The notes under the pieces: generated by a model
What the model was told of the DNA's origin: nothing
The model's input: only the letters and a program-made list of their open reading frames with translations
Database searches by the model: none
From: Tubiluchus corallicola
Taxonomy: Eukaryota > Animalia > Priapulida
Length of the DNA: 54,863 nucleotides
NCBI GenBank assembly: GCA_030141605.1
Contig: JAQGDQ010002398.1
Coordinates: 1 to 54,863, forward strand
Direction: 5' to 3'
Shown here: one piece after another, positions 1 through 10,472 of the stretch
How positions within the stretch are numbered: position 1 is the stretch's first letter
Layout of the letters: every line of letters starts with the position of its first letter
Translations under genes and position numbers: made by a program

Positions 1-235
1 TTACTAAAGATGCATAACCAATTGGAGCCAAGCCAGATTGGGTTATAAAGGCAGAGCCACCAGGGTTGTAATACAAGGCACTACTATTTTGTATACTGGC
101 TATTAATGCACCACCCAATAAGGCGGCATTTTCACCAGCAGGACGTAACCAATAGTTTGCCTCTTGTGAGCGAACTTGAAGTGGAAAAATTAGAATCCAA
201 AACATTATTATGCTTACACACAATGTTTGCTTCAT
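1..235 (-). CDS. N-terminus of a FadL/Toluene_X-like outer-membrane beta-barrel protein (runs off the window edge; not in the ORF track)
   Basis: Manual translation from ATG at 235: MKQTLCVSIIMFWILIFPLQVRSQEANYWLRPAGENAALLGGALIASIQNSSALYYNPGGSAF. Signal peptide ending before Q, then the G..ALLGGA..A....SA.YYNP motif typical of the FadL-family N-terminal hatch. Confidence 0.65.
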   Translation of the reverse strand, partial: MKQTLCVSIIMFWILIFPLQVRSQEANYWLRPAGENAALLGGALIASIQNSSALYYNPGGSAFITQSGLAPIGYASLV

Positions 236-350
236 GATAAATACAATATTGTATTTGTTAAATAAAACTTACTACTTTTAAACTTTGTGCCAAATAAAAT
301 AGTTCGCTTGGCATTGGTCATGAATTGTTAAAAATGCATATATATTTAAG

Positions 351-1169
351 TTATCGGCAGTCATCGAAACCTTCTGTATCCTCAGATGTTTGAGGGTTTT
401 GTTTATTTCCATATATAACGGTTCCTCCAGCTACTTTTTCCTCAAACTTATATCTTATGGCGCAAAAATTTTCTAAATTTTCATTGTTGGTAATCGTCAG
501 ACTTCCTCCAATTCCATTGTTAAACATTTTCTCAAGTCCTGTTAATGAAGTGATTCTAGAATTATTTGATATTTTTACAGCCAATCCGACTCCAAGAATA
601 CTTGAAAGAGGTTCTATGTTTCTTAAATTGTCATTTTGTTCTATTTTTAAGTTTTGCCCTATATTTGTTAGAGAAGAAAGCGCATCAATGTCCCCTATAT
701 TGGGGTTGTTTACTACTTCTATGCTTCCAATAAAAGTGTTGAATGAATATAATCCTTTTGTGGTTGACAGTTTTTGGTTGTCTTTCAATATTAAATCTCC
801 GTTAAGTACTTCTAGGTTTTCTAAGCCACTAAGGTCAGTAATTTCTGTGGATAAAATTTCTAAACTTCCGCTTATTTCTTCCACTGTTGCAAATGGTTCT
901 AAAGAAGTAATATTGTGTTTTAATGTCACATTTCCAAGTATTATTGCATATTTAGTTGAGAAAAAACTTTCTAAAGATTCTTGTGTTGTAAATGTAATAC
1001 TTTGGTAAAACGTTAATTGAGATTTTTCCAATTCTTCTACTTGTCGTTTTAAATCATTCACATCGCTTTTAAGGTCATTCACTTTGCTGCAAGAAGAAAG
1101 TGCAACAATAAGAATGCCTACTAGTAAGTTTTTTATTATGAAAGAATTTGTCATTTTACGATATATCAT
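351..1169 (-). CDS. Lipoprotein with N-terminal coiled coil and receptor L-domain/LRR-like repeats (paralog 3)
   Basis: Lipobox LSSC; heptads VNDLKSD-VNDLKRQ-VEELEK; repeats such as LSGLENLEVLNGDLILKDN; C-terminal NFC...GN..NP...C cap. Confidence 0.8.
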   Translation of the reverse strand: MIYRKMTNSFIIKNLLVGILIVALSSCSKVNDLKSDVNDLKRQVEELEKSQLTFYQSITFTTQESLESFFSTKYAIILGNVTLKHNITSLEPFATVEEISGSLEILSTEITDLSGLENLEVLNGDLILKDNQKLSTTKGLYSFNTFIGSIEVVNNPNIGDIDALSSLTNIGQNLKIEQNDNLRNIEPLSSILGVGLAVKISNNSRITSLTGLEKMFNNGIGGSLTITNNENLENFCAIRYKFEEKVAGGTVIYGNKQNPQTSEDTEGFDDCR

Positions 1170-1193
1170 TATTCTATTTTTGGTTAGTTTACT

Positions 1194-2483
1194 TTATGGG
1201 CAAGTAGTATTTATTATATCTTGTTTTGATGGATTGCTTTGGTTTCCTGTTATTGTCAGTGATCCTCTTATCCCATTTGGGAAACTTTGTTCACAAAGAT
1301 TTTGTATACCACAAAAGTTGTTTAATGTGTTATTATTAGTAATGGTCATGCTAAGAGCTTGTGTTAGCTCTTTTAAACCATTTAAGTTAGGCAGAATTTC
1401 ATTTTCACTAATGACACAGGGGCCGCCTATACTTGTTATTTTATTAAGGCCATCTAAGTTATTCAATAGAGAATTATGAGTGATTGACACACCAAATTTA
1501 ACGCTTGTAATATTACTCAACCCATTTAAGTTTGGTAGATTATTTTTTTCTATTGTTATGCTAGTAACCTCGCCACTAATTCCTGACAAATCTAGGGCTG
1601 TTAGCCCTGGGTTATTTTTTATACTTAATTCTTTAATACTACTTTCTACTTCTCCTAACTCAGATAAGCTCTCCAAAGTAGTATTGTCTTCAATTATTAT
1701 ATCGTCATAGATTGCTTTTAGATTGTCTAAAAAGGACAAATTGGTTATATTTGTCTCTTTCCTAATGATTAAGCTTTCCCCAATAGAAGATAAAGCTGTT
1801 AAATCTATCTCTTCTGTGTTTCCATTTTCTAAAGCCAGACTACCAGAAATACTTGTTAATACATTAAAATAAATAGTGGATAGATTGGCATTATCTTCAA
1901 GAGTCAAAGAGCCTTCTATTGTTTCCAAATTAGAAAACTCTACAAGAGTTAAAGCAGGATTGCTTCTAATAACCACGCTATTATTTGCGCTATTTACCAA
2001 GGTATTAACTTCTATTTCGGTTAGAGAGTTGTTGTTTTCTATTAATATACCTCCTACTAATGTTAGTTTGCCGAATCCTCCTTTAATAGCGGATATATCA
2101 TTATTGTATTCTATTGTTAGAGTGCCGCCTATCTTTATTAAATTTTCAAGCCCTGCAAGGTTAGGTACTTTTGTATTGCTTATGGAAAGTTCACCTTCTA
2201 CTGATGAGATTTTAGATAGACTTTCTAATGAAATGATATCATTGCCGCTAATGTATATGTTTCCATATACGGTTCCTTTTGCCAAGCGTTCTGCAAAGTC
2301 ATCTAACGTCTCTTGTGTTGATAGGTAAACACTTCCATAATGAGATGCATCATCTTCTGTTGGCAAGTTATCTATTCTATCTTGAATGCTCTTTATTTGA
2401 TCTTCAACCTCGTTGGTTTTCCCGCAAGATATAGCAATCAATATTGTTACTATAAGCGTCTTGTACAAGATGTTCTGTTTCAT
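1194..2483 (-). CDS. Lipoprotein with N-terminal coiled coil and receptor L-domain/LRR-like repeats (paralog 2)
   Basis: Lipobox AISC; EVEDQIKSIQDRIDNL coil; many L..L..IGG.L.I..N..L repeats; same NFC...GNQSNP...C terminus. Confidence 0.8.
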   Translation of the reverse strand: MKQNILYKTLIVTILIAISCGKTNEVEDQIKSIQDRIDNLPTEDDASHYGSVYLSTQETLDDFAERLAKGTVYGNIYISGNDIISLESLSKISSVEGELSISNTKVPNLAGLENLIKIGGTLTIEYNNDISAIKGGFGKLTLVGGILIENNNSLTEIEVNTLVNSANNSVVIRSNPALTLVEFSNLETIEGSLTLEDNANLSTIYFNVLTSISGSLALENGNTEEIDLTALSSIGESLIIRKETNITNLSFLDNLKAIYDDIIIEDNTTLESLSELGEVESSIKELSIKNNPGLTALDLSGISGEVTSITIEKNNLPNLNGLSNITSVKFGVSITHNSLLNNLDGLNKITSIGGPCVISENEILPNLNGLKELTQALSMTITNNNTLNNFCGIQNLCEQSFPNGIRGSLTITGNQSNPSKQDIINTTCP

Positions 2484-2523
2484 TTTTTGTGTTTTATTTT
2501 TATTTTATCTTTAAATCTGTACC

Positions 2524-3813
2524 TTATTGGCATCCTGCCAAATCCGTCAACACAATGACACCATCATTAATTGTTACCTTGTTTGGGTTATTTTCCCAAA
2601 ATCCTTTAATAGGACAATAGTCGTTCGCCTCTTGCATGGAAACGTTGTCATTAAAGTTAAGCACTCCTCCTGCGGTGTTAAGCGCTTGGAGTGAGCTGAT
2701 GTCTGTAAGTATAGCATTACTGATAATATCAAAATCTTCATCTACATGCTTTAAATTACCAAACCCTATTTTTGCTAATTGTTGATTAAAAACAATACTA
2801 GCTGCTCCTTTTATAGTGTCTAATGCTGGGAATTTTATATTTCTTACACTTTTGTTTTCGGTTATATTTAATGTTGTTCCAATTACATCAATTTTTTCTA
2901 TGGATATTGACTCTATAAGTCCATTGTTCGTAATTTCTAATTTTCCAGATAAACTTGTTAAAGCATTTAACCTTAATTCATAGGGAAACTCTTCTCCTTC
3001 TTCTGGTGGAGTTTCAGAACTTCCATTGCTGGAAAGGGTGATGTCATTTCCCACATATTCTAAAGAAGGGAATGTCAGGGCAGCCATACGAGCATTATCT
3101 GAAAAGGTAAGAGATTCGCCTATCCGTTTCAAACTGGGTAGAAAATTTTCGTATTCACTTTTTTTAACAAAACTCCATGCAGGATTGCCTGTTATAGATA
3201 GGTTATTGGTTACTTCTTCCAATTTTTTCATGCCGATGGCTATTAAAGAATTATTAGTCCCAATATTAAGCTCCTTTGTTTTAATCAAACTTTCTAGCCC
3301 TAATGAGTCTAAAAGATAGTTGTCAAAGACAGATATTTCAACCCCTACACTTTCTAATGCGTTTATTTGTACATTTTTCAATTTTGTGTTTTTGCTGATT
3401 ACCAACTTTCCTCCAATGGTCTTCAGGCTTTCCAATCCTGTTGTTATTTCTTCTATTTTCCCATTAGATGATATGAGTATATCGCCTTCAATATGAATAA
3501 TATTGTGTAGACCAGCGATACTACTTATGTTAGAACCTATTGTAACAGAGCCATATATTCTAACGTAATTTGAGTTTTCAAATTCATCAAGAATTGTTTC
3601 ATCACTTAAATCTAAGTCCCCATAAAAGTTCTCTTTTTGCTTATCTTTATTCTCTTCTATATCGTCTAATTTGTCATTTAGTTCATCTAATTCGCTCTTA
3701 AGGTTTTCTATTTCATTATTTTTGCAGTTAGGCAACAAAAACAATATACACATTGACAATGTGTATATTTTATAAGACGCGATAAATGAGAGGAGATATT
3801 TTGCTAAACTCAT
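2524..3813 (-). CDS. Lipoprotein with N-terminal coiled coil and receptor L-domain/LRR-like repeats (paralog 1)
   Basis: Start moved to ATG 3813 (MSLAKY) because a promoter -7 element lies at 3849-3856. Lipobox-like LPNC; EIENLKSELDELNDKLDDIEE coil; FP.L..IG..L.I..N repeats; C-terminal DYC...C. Confidence 0.78.
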   Translation of the reverse strand: MSLAKYLLSFIASYKIYTLSMCILFLLPNCKNNEIENLKSELDELNDKLDDIEENKDKQKENFYGDLDLSDETILDEFENSNYVRIYGSVTIGSNISSIAGLHNIIHIEGDILISSNGKIEEITTGLESLKTIGGKLVISKNTKLKNVQINALESVGVEISVFDNYLLDSLGLESLIKTKELNIGTNNSLIAIGMKKLEEVTNNLSITGNPAWSFVKKSEYENFLPSLKRIGESLTFSDNARMAALTFPSLEYVGNDITLSSNGSSETPPEEGEEFPYELRLNALTSLSGKLEITNNGLIESISIEKIDVIGTTLNITENKSVRNIKFPALDTIKGAASIVFNQQLAKIGFGNLKHVDEDFDIISNAILTDISSLQALNTAGGVLNFNDNVSMQEANDYCPIKGFWENNPNKVTINDGVIVLTDLAGCQ

Positions 3814-3848
3814 AACAACACTATTTATAAATTTTATGTTTTTTTGGA

Positions 3849-3856
3849 CAAATGTA
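3849..3856 (-). promoter_or_regulatory. Bacteroidota sigma-A -7 element (TACATTTG) for the lipoprotein cluster
   Basis: Exact TAnnTTTG match about 35 nt upstream of ATG 3813. Confidence 0.55.
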
Positions 3857-3916
3857 AAGAAAAGCACTTGAAATACCAAAAATTAAGAATATTTTATTTA
3901 AAATTTGATCAAAAAA

Positions 3917-3946
3917 TTGTGGTACGAGAAAAAAGTAATATCTTTG
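3917..3946 (+). promoter_or_regulatory. Bacteroidota promoter (-33 TTG, -7 TATCTTTG) for the moxR-wza-wzz-doxX-aroK run
   Basis: TTG at 3917-3919 and TATCTTTG at 3939-3946 with 19-nt spacing. Confidence 0.6.
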
Positions 3947-4012
3947 TATCTACGATTCAAAAAATATATTTATCCATTTATTCCTTAAAAAAAGAACAAT
4001 ATTAGATTAAAC

Positions 4013-4981
4013 ATGAGTGTAGATTTGGGTTATCATGAAAAGATACAAAAAATACAAGAAGAGACTAAAAAAATAGTTGTAGGCCAAGACTATATGATTA
4101 ATAGATTATTATTGGGGCTTTTTACCCAAGGTCACATCTTGTTGGAAGGGGTGCCAGGGCTTGCAAAAACATTGACAATAAACGTATTAGCTCGCTCTTT
4201 GCGCTTAGACTTTAAACGAATACAATTTACCCCAGACTTGTTGCCATCAGACTTGATAGGCACAATGATATATAACCAAAAAGCTAACAAATTTGAAGCG
4301 AAAAAAGGCCCTATATTTTCTAATTTTATACTTGCAGATGAGGTAAACAGATCTCCCGCAAAAGTTCAGTCAGCTCTTTTGGAAGCAATGCAGGAAAAAC
4401 AGGTAACACTTGGAGAAGAAACGTACCAATTAGATAAGCCCTTTTTAGTACTAGCTACGCAAAATCCAGTAGAACAGGAAGGCACATATCCATTGCCAGA
4501 AGCACAAGTTGATAGGTTTATGATGAAAATCCATATAGGCTACCCTTCTAGGCAAGAAGAGTTAGAAATTATGAGGCGAATGTCTGACATGACTTTTGAT
4601 GAAGAAGTAAAAGCAGTAGTCACTCAAGAAGATATATTTGCAATTAGAGAACAAATTAATAATATAGAAATATCAGAATCATTAGAGAAGTATATTATTG
4701 AAATGGTTTTTGCCACAAGATATCCAAAGGAATATAACCTCAAAAATTTAGAGAAATACGTAATGTATGGAGCATCACCACGAGCAAGTATAAATTTAAA
4801 TTTAGCAGCTAAAGCATTAGCTTATTTCAAACAAAGAAACTATGTGCTGCCAGAAGACATTAAAGCAATAGCAGGAGATGTTTTGAATCATAGAATGATA
4901 CTTAACTATGAGGCTGAAGCAGATGGCATTACAACATTTGACGTCATCGATGATGTCTTAAAAAAAATACCTATAATATAA
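4013..4981 (+). CDS. moxR: MoxR family AAA+ ATPase
   Basis: Walker A GVPGLAKT, RIQFTPDLLPSD, Walker B ILADEVNR, LATQNPVEQEGTYPLPEAQVDRF, GASPRA. Confidence 0.95.
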   Translation: MSVDLGYHEKIQKIQEETKKIVVGQDYMINRLLLGLFTQGHILLEGVPGLAKTLTINVLARSLRLDFKRIQFTPDLLPSDLIGTMIYNQKANKFEAKKGPIFSNFILADEVNRSPAKVQSALLEAMQEKQVTLGEETYQLDKPFLVLATQNPVEQEGTYPLPEAQVDRFMMKIHIGYPSRQEELEIMRRMSDMTFDEEVKAVVTQEDIFAIREQINNIEISESLEKYIIEMVFATRYPKEYNLKNLEKYVMYGASPRASINLNLAAKALAYFKQRNYVLPEDIKAIAGDVLNHRMILNYEAEADGITTFDVIDDVLKKIPII

Positions 4982-5001
4982 AACCTTAAACAATAATTAT
5001 T

Positions 5002-7539
5002 GTGTATAAATATATGAAACACATTAGGTTAGTCCTCCAATTAACATTGATTATAGTATTTGCTCTTCTTTCTCATAAAGTGTATGCTCAATATACACAG
5101 GAAGGCATTGAACAATATATGGAATATTTAAGACAGAGCCACGGAACCTCAAAAATACCGCGGCAAAGCCATCAGTTGTTTTTGGGATGAAAAAGGTATA
5201 AAATCAAGCATGGTGCAAACGGATGAGTTTGATATGGAAGAGGAAGCGCTTCAAAAGCAAGAAGATTTAATTTCTCAAAAAGGAGAGATAGATGACAAAA
5301 CCGAAGAGGATGAGAAAATATTTGGACATGATATCTTCACCTCTGAGGCGTTGTCCTTTGAGCCCAATATAAATTTAGTTCCTCCTCAGAATTATGAGCT
5401 TGGAATAGGAGACCAGGTGTTGATAGAAATATGGGGGGCATCGCAAGCTAGGTATCAATTAAATGTATCAAAACAAGGGAATATTTTTATACCGTTAGTG
5501 GGAGCTGTATTTGTACATGGCTTAACAATAGAAAAAGCATCAGAAAAAATAACTCAAAGGCTATCAACTATCTACTCAGGGATAAAACCTGAATCAGGCC
5601 AAAGTCCAACAGTTTTTTCTCAGATATCGTTGGGTCAACCTCATCCTATCACTGTTTCAGTAATAGGAGAGGCTGCCTTGCCAGGGACGTTTACAGTAAG
5701 TGCTTTTTCTACAGTATTTCACGCCCTATATCTTGCCAATGGACCAACTGTTAATGGTTCTTTGCGCGAGGTAAAAGTTATTAGGGGAGGAGAAGTTGTT
5801 GTAACGTTAGATGTGTATGACTTTTTATTAAAAAATGAAGTTAAAAATAATATTACATTAAAACCTGAAGATGTAATACGAATAGAGGTATATAAAAATA
5901 GAGTACGTGTTAGAGGAGAGGTAAAAAACCCTGCTATTTATGAGATGAAAGAGAATGAAAGTTTTGAAGATATAATAAATTATGCGGGAGGATTTAGTGA
6001 AAACGCATATGCAGACCTAATAAAAGTGGAGCGCAACACAGGTATTCAAAAAAAGGTTTTAAATATTGCAAAAAATGATTTGGCTAATTACTTTCCTATC
6101 AATGGAGATGTTATTGAAGTAGGGTGATGTTGGAAAAATATGAAAACAGAGTGCAAATAAAAGGTGCTGTTTTTCGTCCAGGAGAATACGAACTTACAGA
6201 AGGCATGACTGTGCGCCAGCTTATTGAAAGAGCTCAAGGACTTAAAGGAGATGCATTGCTAACTAGAGCAAGTATTTATCGTGACAAACTAGATTATTCT
6301 TATGAAGCAATACCTTTTAATGTAAAGGATGTCTTAAATGGATCTGGAGATATTCCTTTGTTGAATGAAGATATTGTTAGGATATCATCCATATATGATG
6401 TTCAAGAAGAACACTTTATAATTGTACATGGTGAGGTACAAGTAGAGTCATCTTATCCATACTACGAAGGAATGACAATAAAAGATGCGGTATTGCGAGC
6501 AGGTGGGGTAAAAACAACAGCCCCTAAGTTTATGATAGAAGTTGTTAGGTTGGTTAATAAGAGTGATGACTCATTAGAGATAAGGACTTTTTCTTTTGAA
6601 GTAGATATGGATTTTCAAGCAAAAGACACAGCTTTTGTCTTGCAACCTTTTGATAACGTTTTTGTTAGAAAGAAAAACACATTTCAACTATATGCCACAT
6701 CCAGGATTTATGGAGAGGTAGCGTATCCAGGGACATACACAATCCAAGGCAAAGAGGAAAGGATATCTGACCTTATTGAAAGAGCAGGTAATGTTACTGA
6801 ATACGCATATATTGATGGTGCAAAATTGTGGAGAAAAGTAGCAGGAACAAGAACGGAAGATGAAAGAAAACTTGAAATACTTGAAGAGTTAATATTAGCC
6901 CTTGAAGGAGATTCGAACATTTTATCAGAAGCAGAGCGAGAGCAATATCAAAGATTACAAGTGAACAAAAAGCAATTACAAACCTTTATAGCACAACATA
7001 AAGTTAATCAGAAAGATAATACGGATTTTTTAGAGGAGACTCTTCTTGTGGGTACAGGAGAAAATGGAAAAACAGAGGAGAAAATGGATGTTCATTTTGA
7101 ACAAATAGAGGAGTCAGCTTCCAAAATTCTTCGCTCCCCAGGGTCTAAATATGATTTGGTTTTACGTGAGGGAGACATATTGATTGTTCCGAGAGTAATT
7201 CAGACAGTTAAAGTAGATGGAGCTGTGTTATCCCCTACAGTAACTGCATATGATAAGAGCAAGAATTTTAAAGACTATATTGCTCAAGCGGGGGGATTTT
7301 CCAAAGTAGCAATAAGAAGTCAAGCATACGTCTTGCATGCCAATGGAACAGCAGATAGAACAAAAAAAATAGCATTCCTTTTTAATAACTACCCTAAAAT
7401 ACGGGAAGGGAGTGAAATTGTCGTTCCACGATCATATAAGGTGTTAGCATTAACACCTGGAGAAATAACAACTATTGCCGCATCTATGATCTCTTTAACC
7501 ACAGCAATTGTTACGTTAGCTAATGTTTTAGGAAAATAA
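5002..7539 (+). CDS. Polysaccharide export protein with Poly_export and multiple SLBB domains (Wza/KpsD-like), split into three ORFs by two frameshifts
   Basis: YELGIGDQVLIEIWG, ALYLANGP...GSLR and repeated V.GEV..PG.Y SLBB motifs. Pieces 5002-5190, 5210-6127 and 6124-7539 join by frameshifts near 5130-5190 and at the GGG near 6122. Confidence 0.88.
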
Positions 7540-7569
7540 TATCCTATTTATGTTAAAACAAAAATTTGA

Positions 7570-8715
7570 ATGATAAAAAAAAAGAAACACGAAGAAGAAA
7601 TTGATTTGTTAGGTGTTATGCAAACCATTTGGCACTCTAGAAAATCAGTGCTAAAAATAGTAATAGCATTTTTAGTATTTGGTGTTTTTATTGCATTAGT
7701 CAGCCCTGTTCGGTATGAAAGTACTGCTTTGCTGATACCTGAAAACAAATCTTCAAACGTTGGCAACGTTGGCAACTTTGGATCTTTGGCAGCTTTAGCG
7801 GGTATAGATATTAATCAAAACTTTAATTCAGAGGTTTTGCTTCCAGATGTTTATCTAGACATCGTTACAAGTTTGCCACTACAATTGGAGTTATTAGATA
7901 CTAAGTTTTATTTTGAAAACTTAGACACAACTATAACTCTTTTTGAATATTTTGAATATTATGAGAGTAGGCCGTCTTCTTCTATAGTGAAAACTATTTT
8001 TCGCTATACTATTATGCTTCCTTTCACTATTAAAAAATGGCTTACGGAAAATGAAATGGAGCAGGAAGAATTAGAAAAGTATAGTGGAGACATCGTAAGA
8101 TTATCAAAAAAACAATATGATTACATAACAGAACTAACGAATTGCATATCGTTGGAATTAGATAAAAATGGGATAGTTGTTGTGGAGGTAGAAATGAAAT
8201 CTCCTTTACTCGCCGCTCAAGTAGCACAAAGAGTGTATGAGTTATTATCAGAATATCTTGTAGAACATAAAACTAAAAAAATAAAAGAGCAATTAAAGTT
8301 TATTCAAAGTCGTTATGAAGAGAAAAAAGAAGAATTTGAAGAAATAAATAAAAAACTAGCAATATATCAAGATAAAAATAGAAACATAATGTCAAAAGTG
8401 GTGGAGAGCGAAGAACAAAAGTTACAACATGAGTATGACTTGATTTTTTCTGTGTACAAAGCGTTAGCACAACAGTTAGAGCAAACAAAAATACAAGTAG
8501 AGGAACAAACGCCAATGTTAAGCTTGTTAGATTCGATAGAAATACCGCTTAAAAAAAGTAAACCTAAGCGTACCTTAATTGTTATTGTGTCAATGTTTTT
8601 GGGAGTTGTTTTTGGAATAATTTATGTTTTCATTAAAGATTTTTTGCAAGATGTAATTAGCATTGTTAGGCCATCAAAGCGGATTAATAAGAGTAAAGAA
8701 AAGGAAATAATTTAA
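7570..8715 (+). CDS. wzz: Wzz/GNVR-type polysaccharide chain-length determinant
   Basis: EEEIDLL start, N-terminal TM helix, coiled coil, P..KSKPKRTLIVIVSMFLG C-terminal TM; directly after the exporter. Confidence 0.85.
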   Translation: MIKKKKHEEEIDLLGVMQTIWHSRKSVLKIVIAFLVFGVFIALVSPVRYESTALLIPENKSSNVGNVGNFGSLAALAGIDINQNFNSEVLLPDVYLDIVTSLPLQLELLDTKFYFENLDTTITLFEYFEYYESRPSSSIVKTIFRYTIMLPFTIKKWLTENEMEQEELEKYSGDIVRLSKKQYDYITELTNCISLELDKNGIVVVEVEMKSPLLAAQVAQRVYELLSEYLVEHKTKKIKEQLKFIQSRYEEKKEEFEEINKKLAIYQDKNRNIMSKVVESEEQKLQHEYDLIFSVYKALAQQLEQTKIQVEEQTPMLSLLDSIEIPLKKSKPKRTLIVIVSMFLGVVFGIIYVFIKDFLQDVISIVRPSKRINKSKEKEII

Positions 8716-8720
8716 CAGCA

Positions 8721-9824
8721 ATGCGCCTTGTTACAGCACATATTAGTCGATATTTTCTGGGAGCACTTCTGGTTTTTTCTGGTTTGATCAAATTAAATGA
8801 TCCTTTTGGGATGGCTATTAAACTGGAAGAATATATCCAAATGTTTTCCTTATGGATGACCTCTTTTTTTTCTATACTTATACCATATTCGTTGTTCCTT
8901 TCTGTTTTAATATGTGTATTGGAAGTTGTGTTAGGAGCGGCGATAATTTTAAATTTTAAAATAAACATTACCCTTTGGTTAACACTAACATTAATACTGT
9001 TTTTTGCATTCCTAACTTTCTATTCTGCTTATTTCGATGAAGTTACTGATTGTGGGTGTTTTGGTGATTTGGTGCATCTATCTCCTTGGCAGTCGTTTTT
9101 TAAAAATATCATTTTATTATCTCTAATTTTGTTATTATTTATAAATAGAAAAGAAATAAAAAGTTATTTTTCTGTGCGTATTACGGGCTGTATAATAGGA
9201 TTTATAGCCTTAGCTTCTGTTGTTATTGCCATATACTCAATTCGCCACTTGCCTTATATTGATTTTGGTCCTTACAGCGTTGGGGTGGATATTTCTCAAG
9301 CTATGAAGCCCTCAGAGCCTTATAATTACAGATATATTATGGAAAAAGAGGGGAAAATATATGAATTTGAAGAATATCCCACAGACACAGCGTATCAGTT
9401 TAGAGATGTTGATTTGCTCAATCCTAATGCCAAACCCAAAATATTGAACTATGACATTTGGATAGATGAGGCAAGCTTGACGGAATTGTCATTGGTAGGA
9501 ATAAAATTATTAGTAGTACTACAAAGTACAGAAAAAAATAACTCCAAAAATATTCAAAAACTCAAAGAACTTTTAATCCAATTAGAAAAGCAAAATATTG
9601 TAGAAATTTGGTTTATTTCATCAGAGGGTGCTGAAAAATCAGAAAAATTTAGACATGAAAATCAAATGCCTTTTCCGTTTTTTATGGCTGATGGAGTAAT
9701 GTTAAAAACTATGATAAGAGCTAATCTTGGCTTGGTCTTATTACAAGATGGAGTTATAATGGGAAAATGGCATATCAATGATGTTCCTGCTATAGAAAAA
9801 GTGAAGCAACTGCTATCTAAATAA
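8721..9824 (+). CDS. DoxX/MauE-like membrane protein (BT_3928 family)
   Basis: FSGLIKLNDPFG and VTDCGCFGD motifs, several TM helices, thioredoxin-like C-terminus (LKTMIRANLG). Confidence 0.85.
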   Translation: MRLVTAHISRYFLGALLVFSGLIKLNDPFGMAIKLEEYIQMFSLWMTSFFSILIPYSLFLSVLICVLEVVLGAAIILNFKINITLWLTLTLILFFAFLTFYSAYFDEVTDCGCFGDLVHLSPWQSFFKNIILLSLILLLFINRKEIKSYFSVRITGCIIGFIALASVVIAIYSIRHLPYIDFGPYSVGVDISQAMKPSEPYNYRYIMEKEGKIYEFEEYPTDTAYQFRDVDLLNPNAKPKILNYDIWIDEASLTELSLVGIKLLVVLQSTEKNNSKNIQKLKELLIQLEKQNIVEIWFISSEGAEKSEKFRHENQMPFPFFMADGVMLKTMIRANLGLVLLQDGVIMGKWHINDVPAIEKVKQLLSK

Positions 9825-9833
9825 TTTTTTTTA

Positions 9834-10346
9834 ATGAAAAAACTTTTTTTAATTGGACTACCAGCCTCTGGAAAAACTACATTCGGAAAACATATAGCAA
9901 AACTATTGTCTATTACTTTTATAGACCTTGATGAAGAAATAGAACAGAAAGAAAAAAAGTCTATAAGTGAAATATTTGACAATTATGATGAGGCATATTT
10001 TAGAAATATTGAAAAAGAGACATTAGATGATATTATTGAGAGGCAAGATGATTTTATATTAGCAACGGGAGGAGGAACGCCTTGCTTTTTTGATAACATG
10101 AAAAAAATGAATAAAGCAGGAAAAACAATATACTTAAATCTCTCCTTGGATGAAATACTAACAAGGTTGACAGAAAACAACCTTCAAATTAGGCCGTTGC
10201 TTAAAAATAAAAAAATAGAAGAATTACGGCAGGAGATTGCCATACAATATCAACAAAGAAGAAAATTTTATCAAAAAGCCACAATAACCATAAAGACCAC
10301 CCATTTAAGCCCCCAAGAAATATTACAACTTTTTAACGAACAATAA
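9834..10346 (+). CDS. aroK: Shikimate kinase
   Basis: P-loop GLPASGKT, IDLD, ATGGGTPCF, RPLL. Confidence 0.95.
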   Translation: MKKLFLIGLPASGKTTFGKHIAKLLSITFIDLDEEIEQKEKKSISEIFDNYDEAYFRNIEKETLDDIIERQDDFILATGGGTPCFFDNMKKMNKAGKTIYLNLSLDEILTRLTENNLQIRPLLKNKKIEELRQEIAIQYQQRRKFYQKATITIKTTHLSPQEILQLFNEQ

Positions 10347-10472
10347 ACAAAGTAAATTATTTTAGTATATTTTTTATATAAAATTTGTTTTCACAATGTA
10401 TTCGTACTATACTTGTATTGTTTGTTTTCGAACAACGCAAACAATATTTGTGTAACATAAAATTATTACCCA

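Noticed and set aside
457-3319. Long plus-strand ORFs opposite the lipoprotein genes, and similar antisense ORFs across the window
   Set aside because: They are shadows of real genes on the other strand, with no motifs and Ser/Leu/Phe-rich composition.
7756-7781. 9-bp tandem repeat (AACGTTGGC)x2 plus a partial copy in wzz
   Set aside because: In-frame NVG-NVG-NFG in a normally Gly-rich linker; too short to be a contingency locus.
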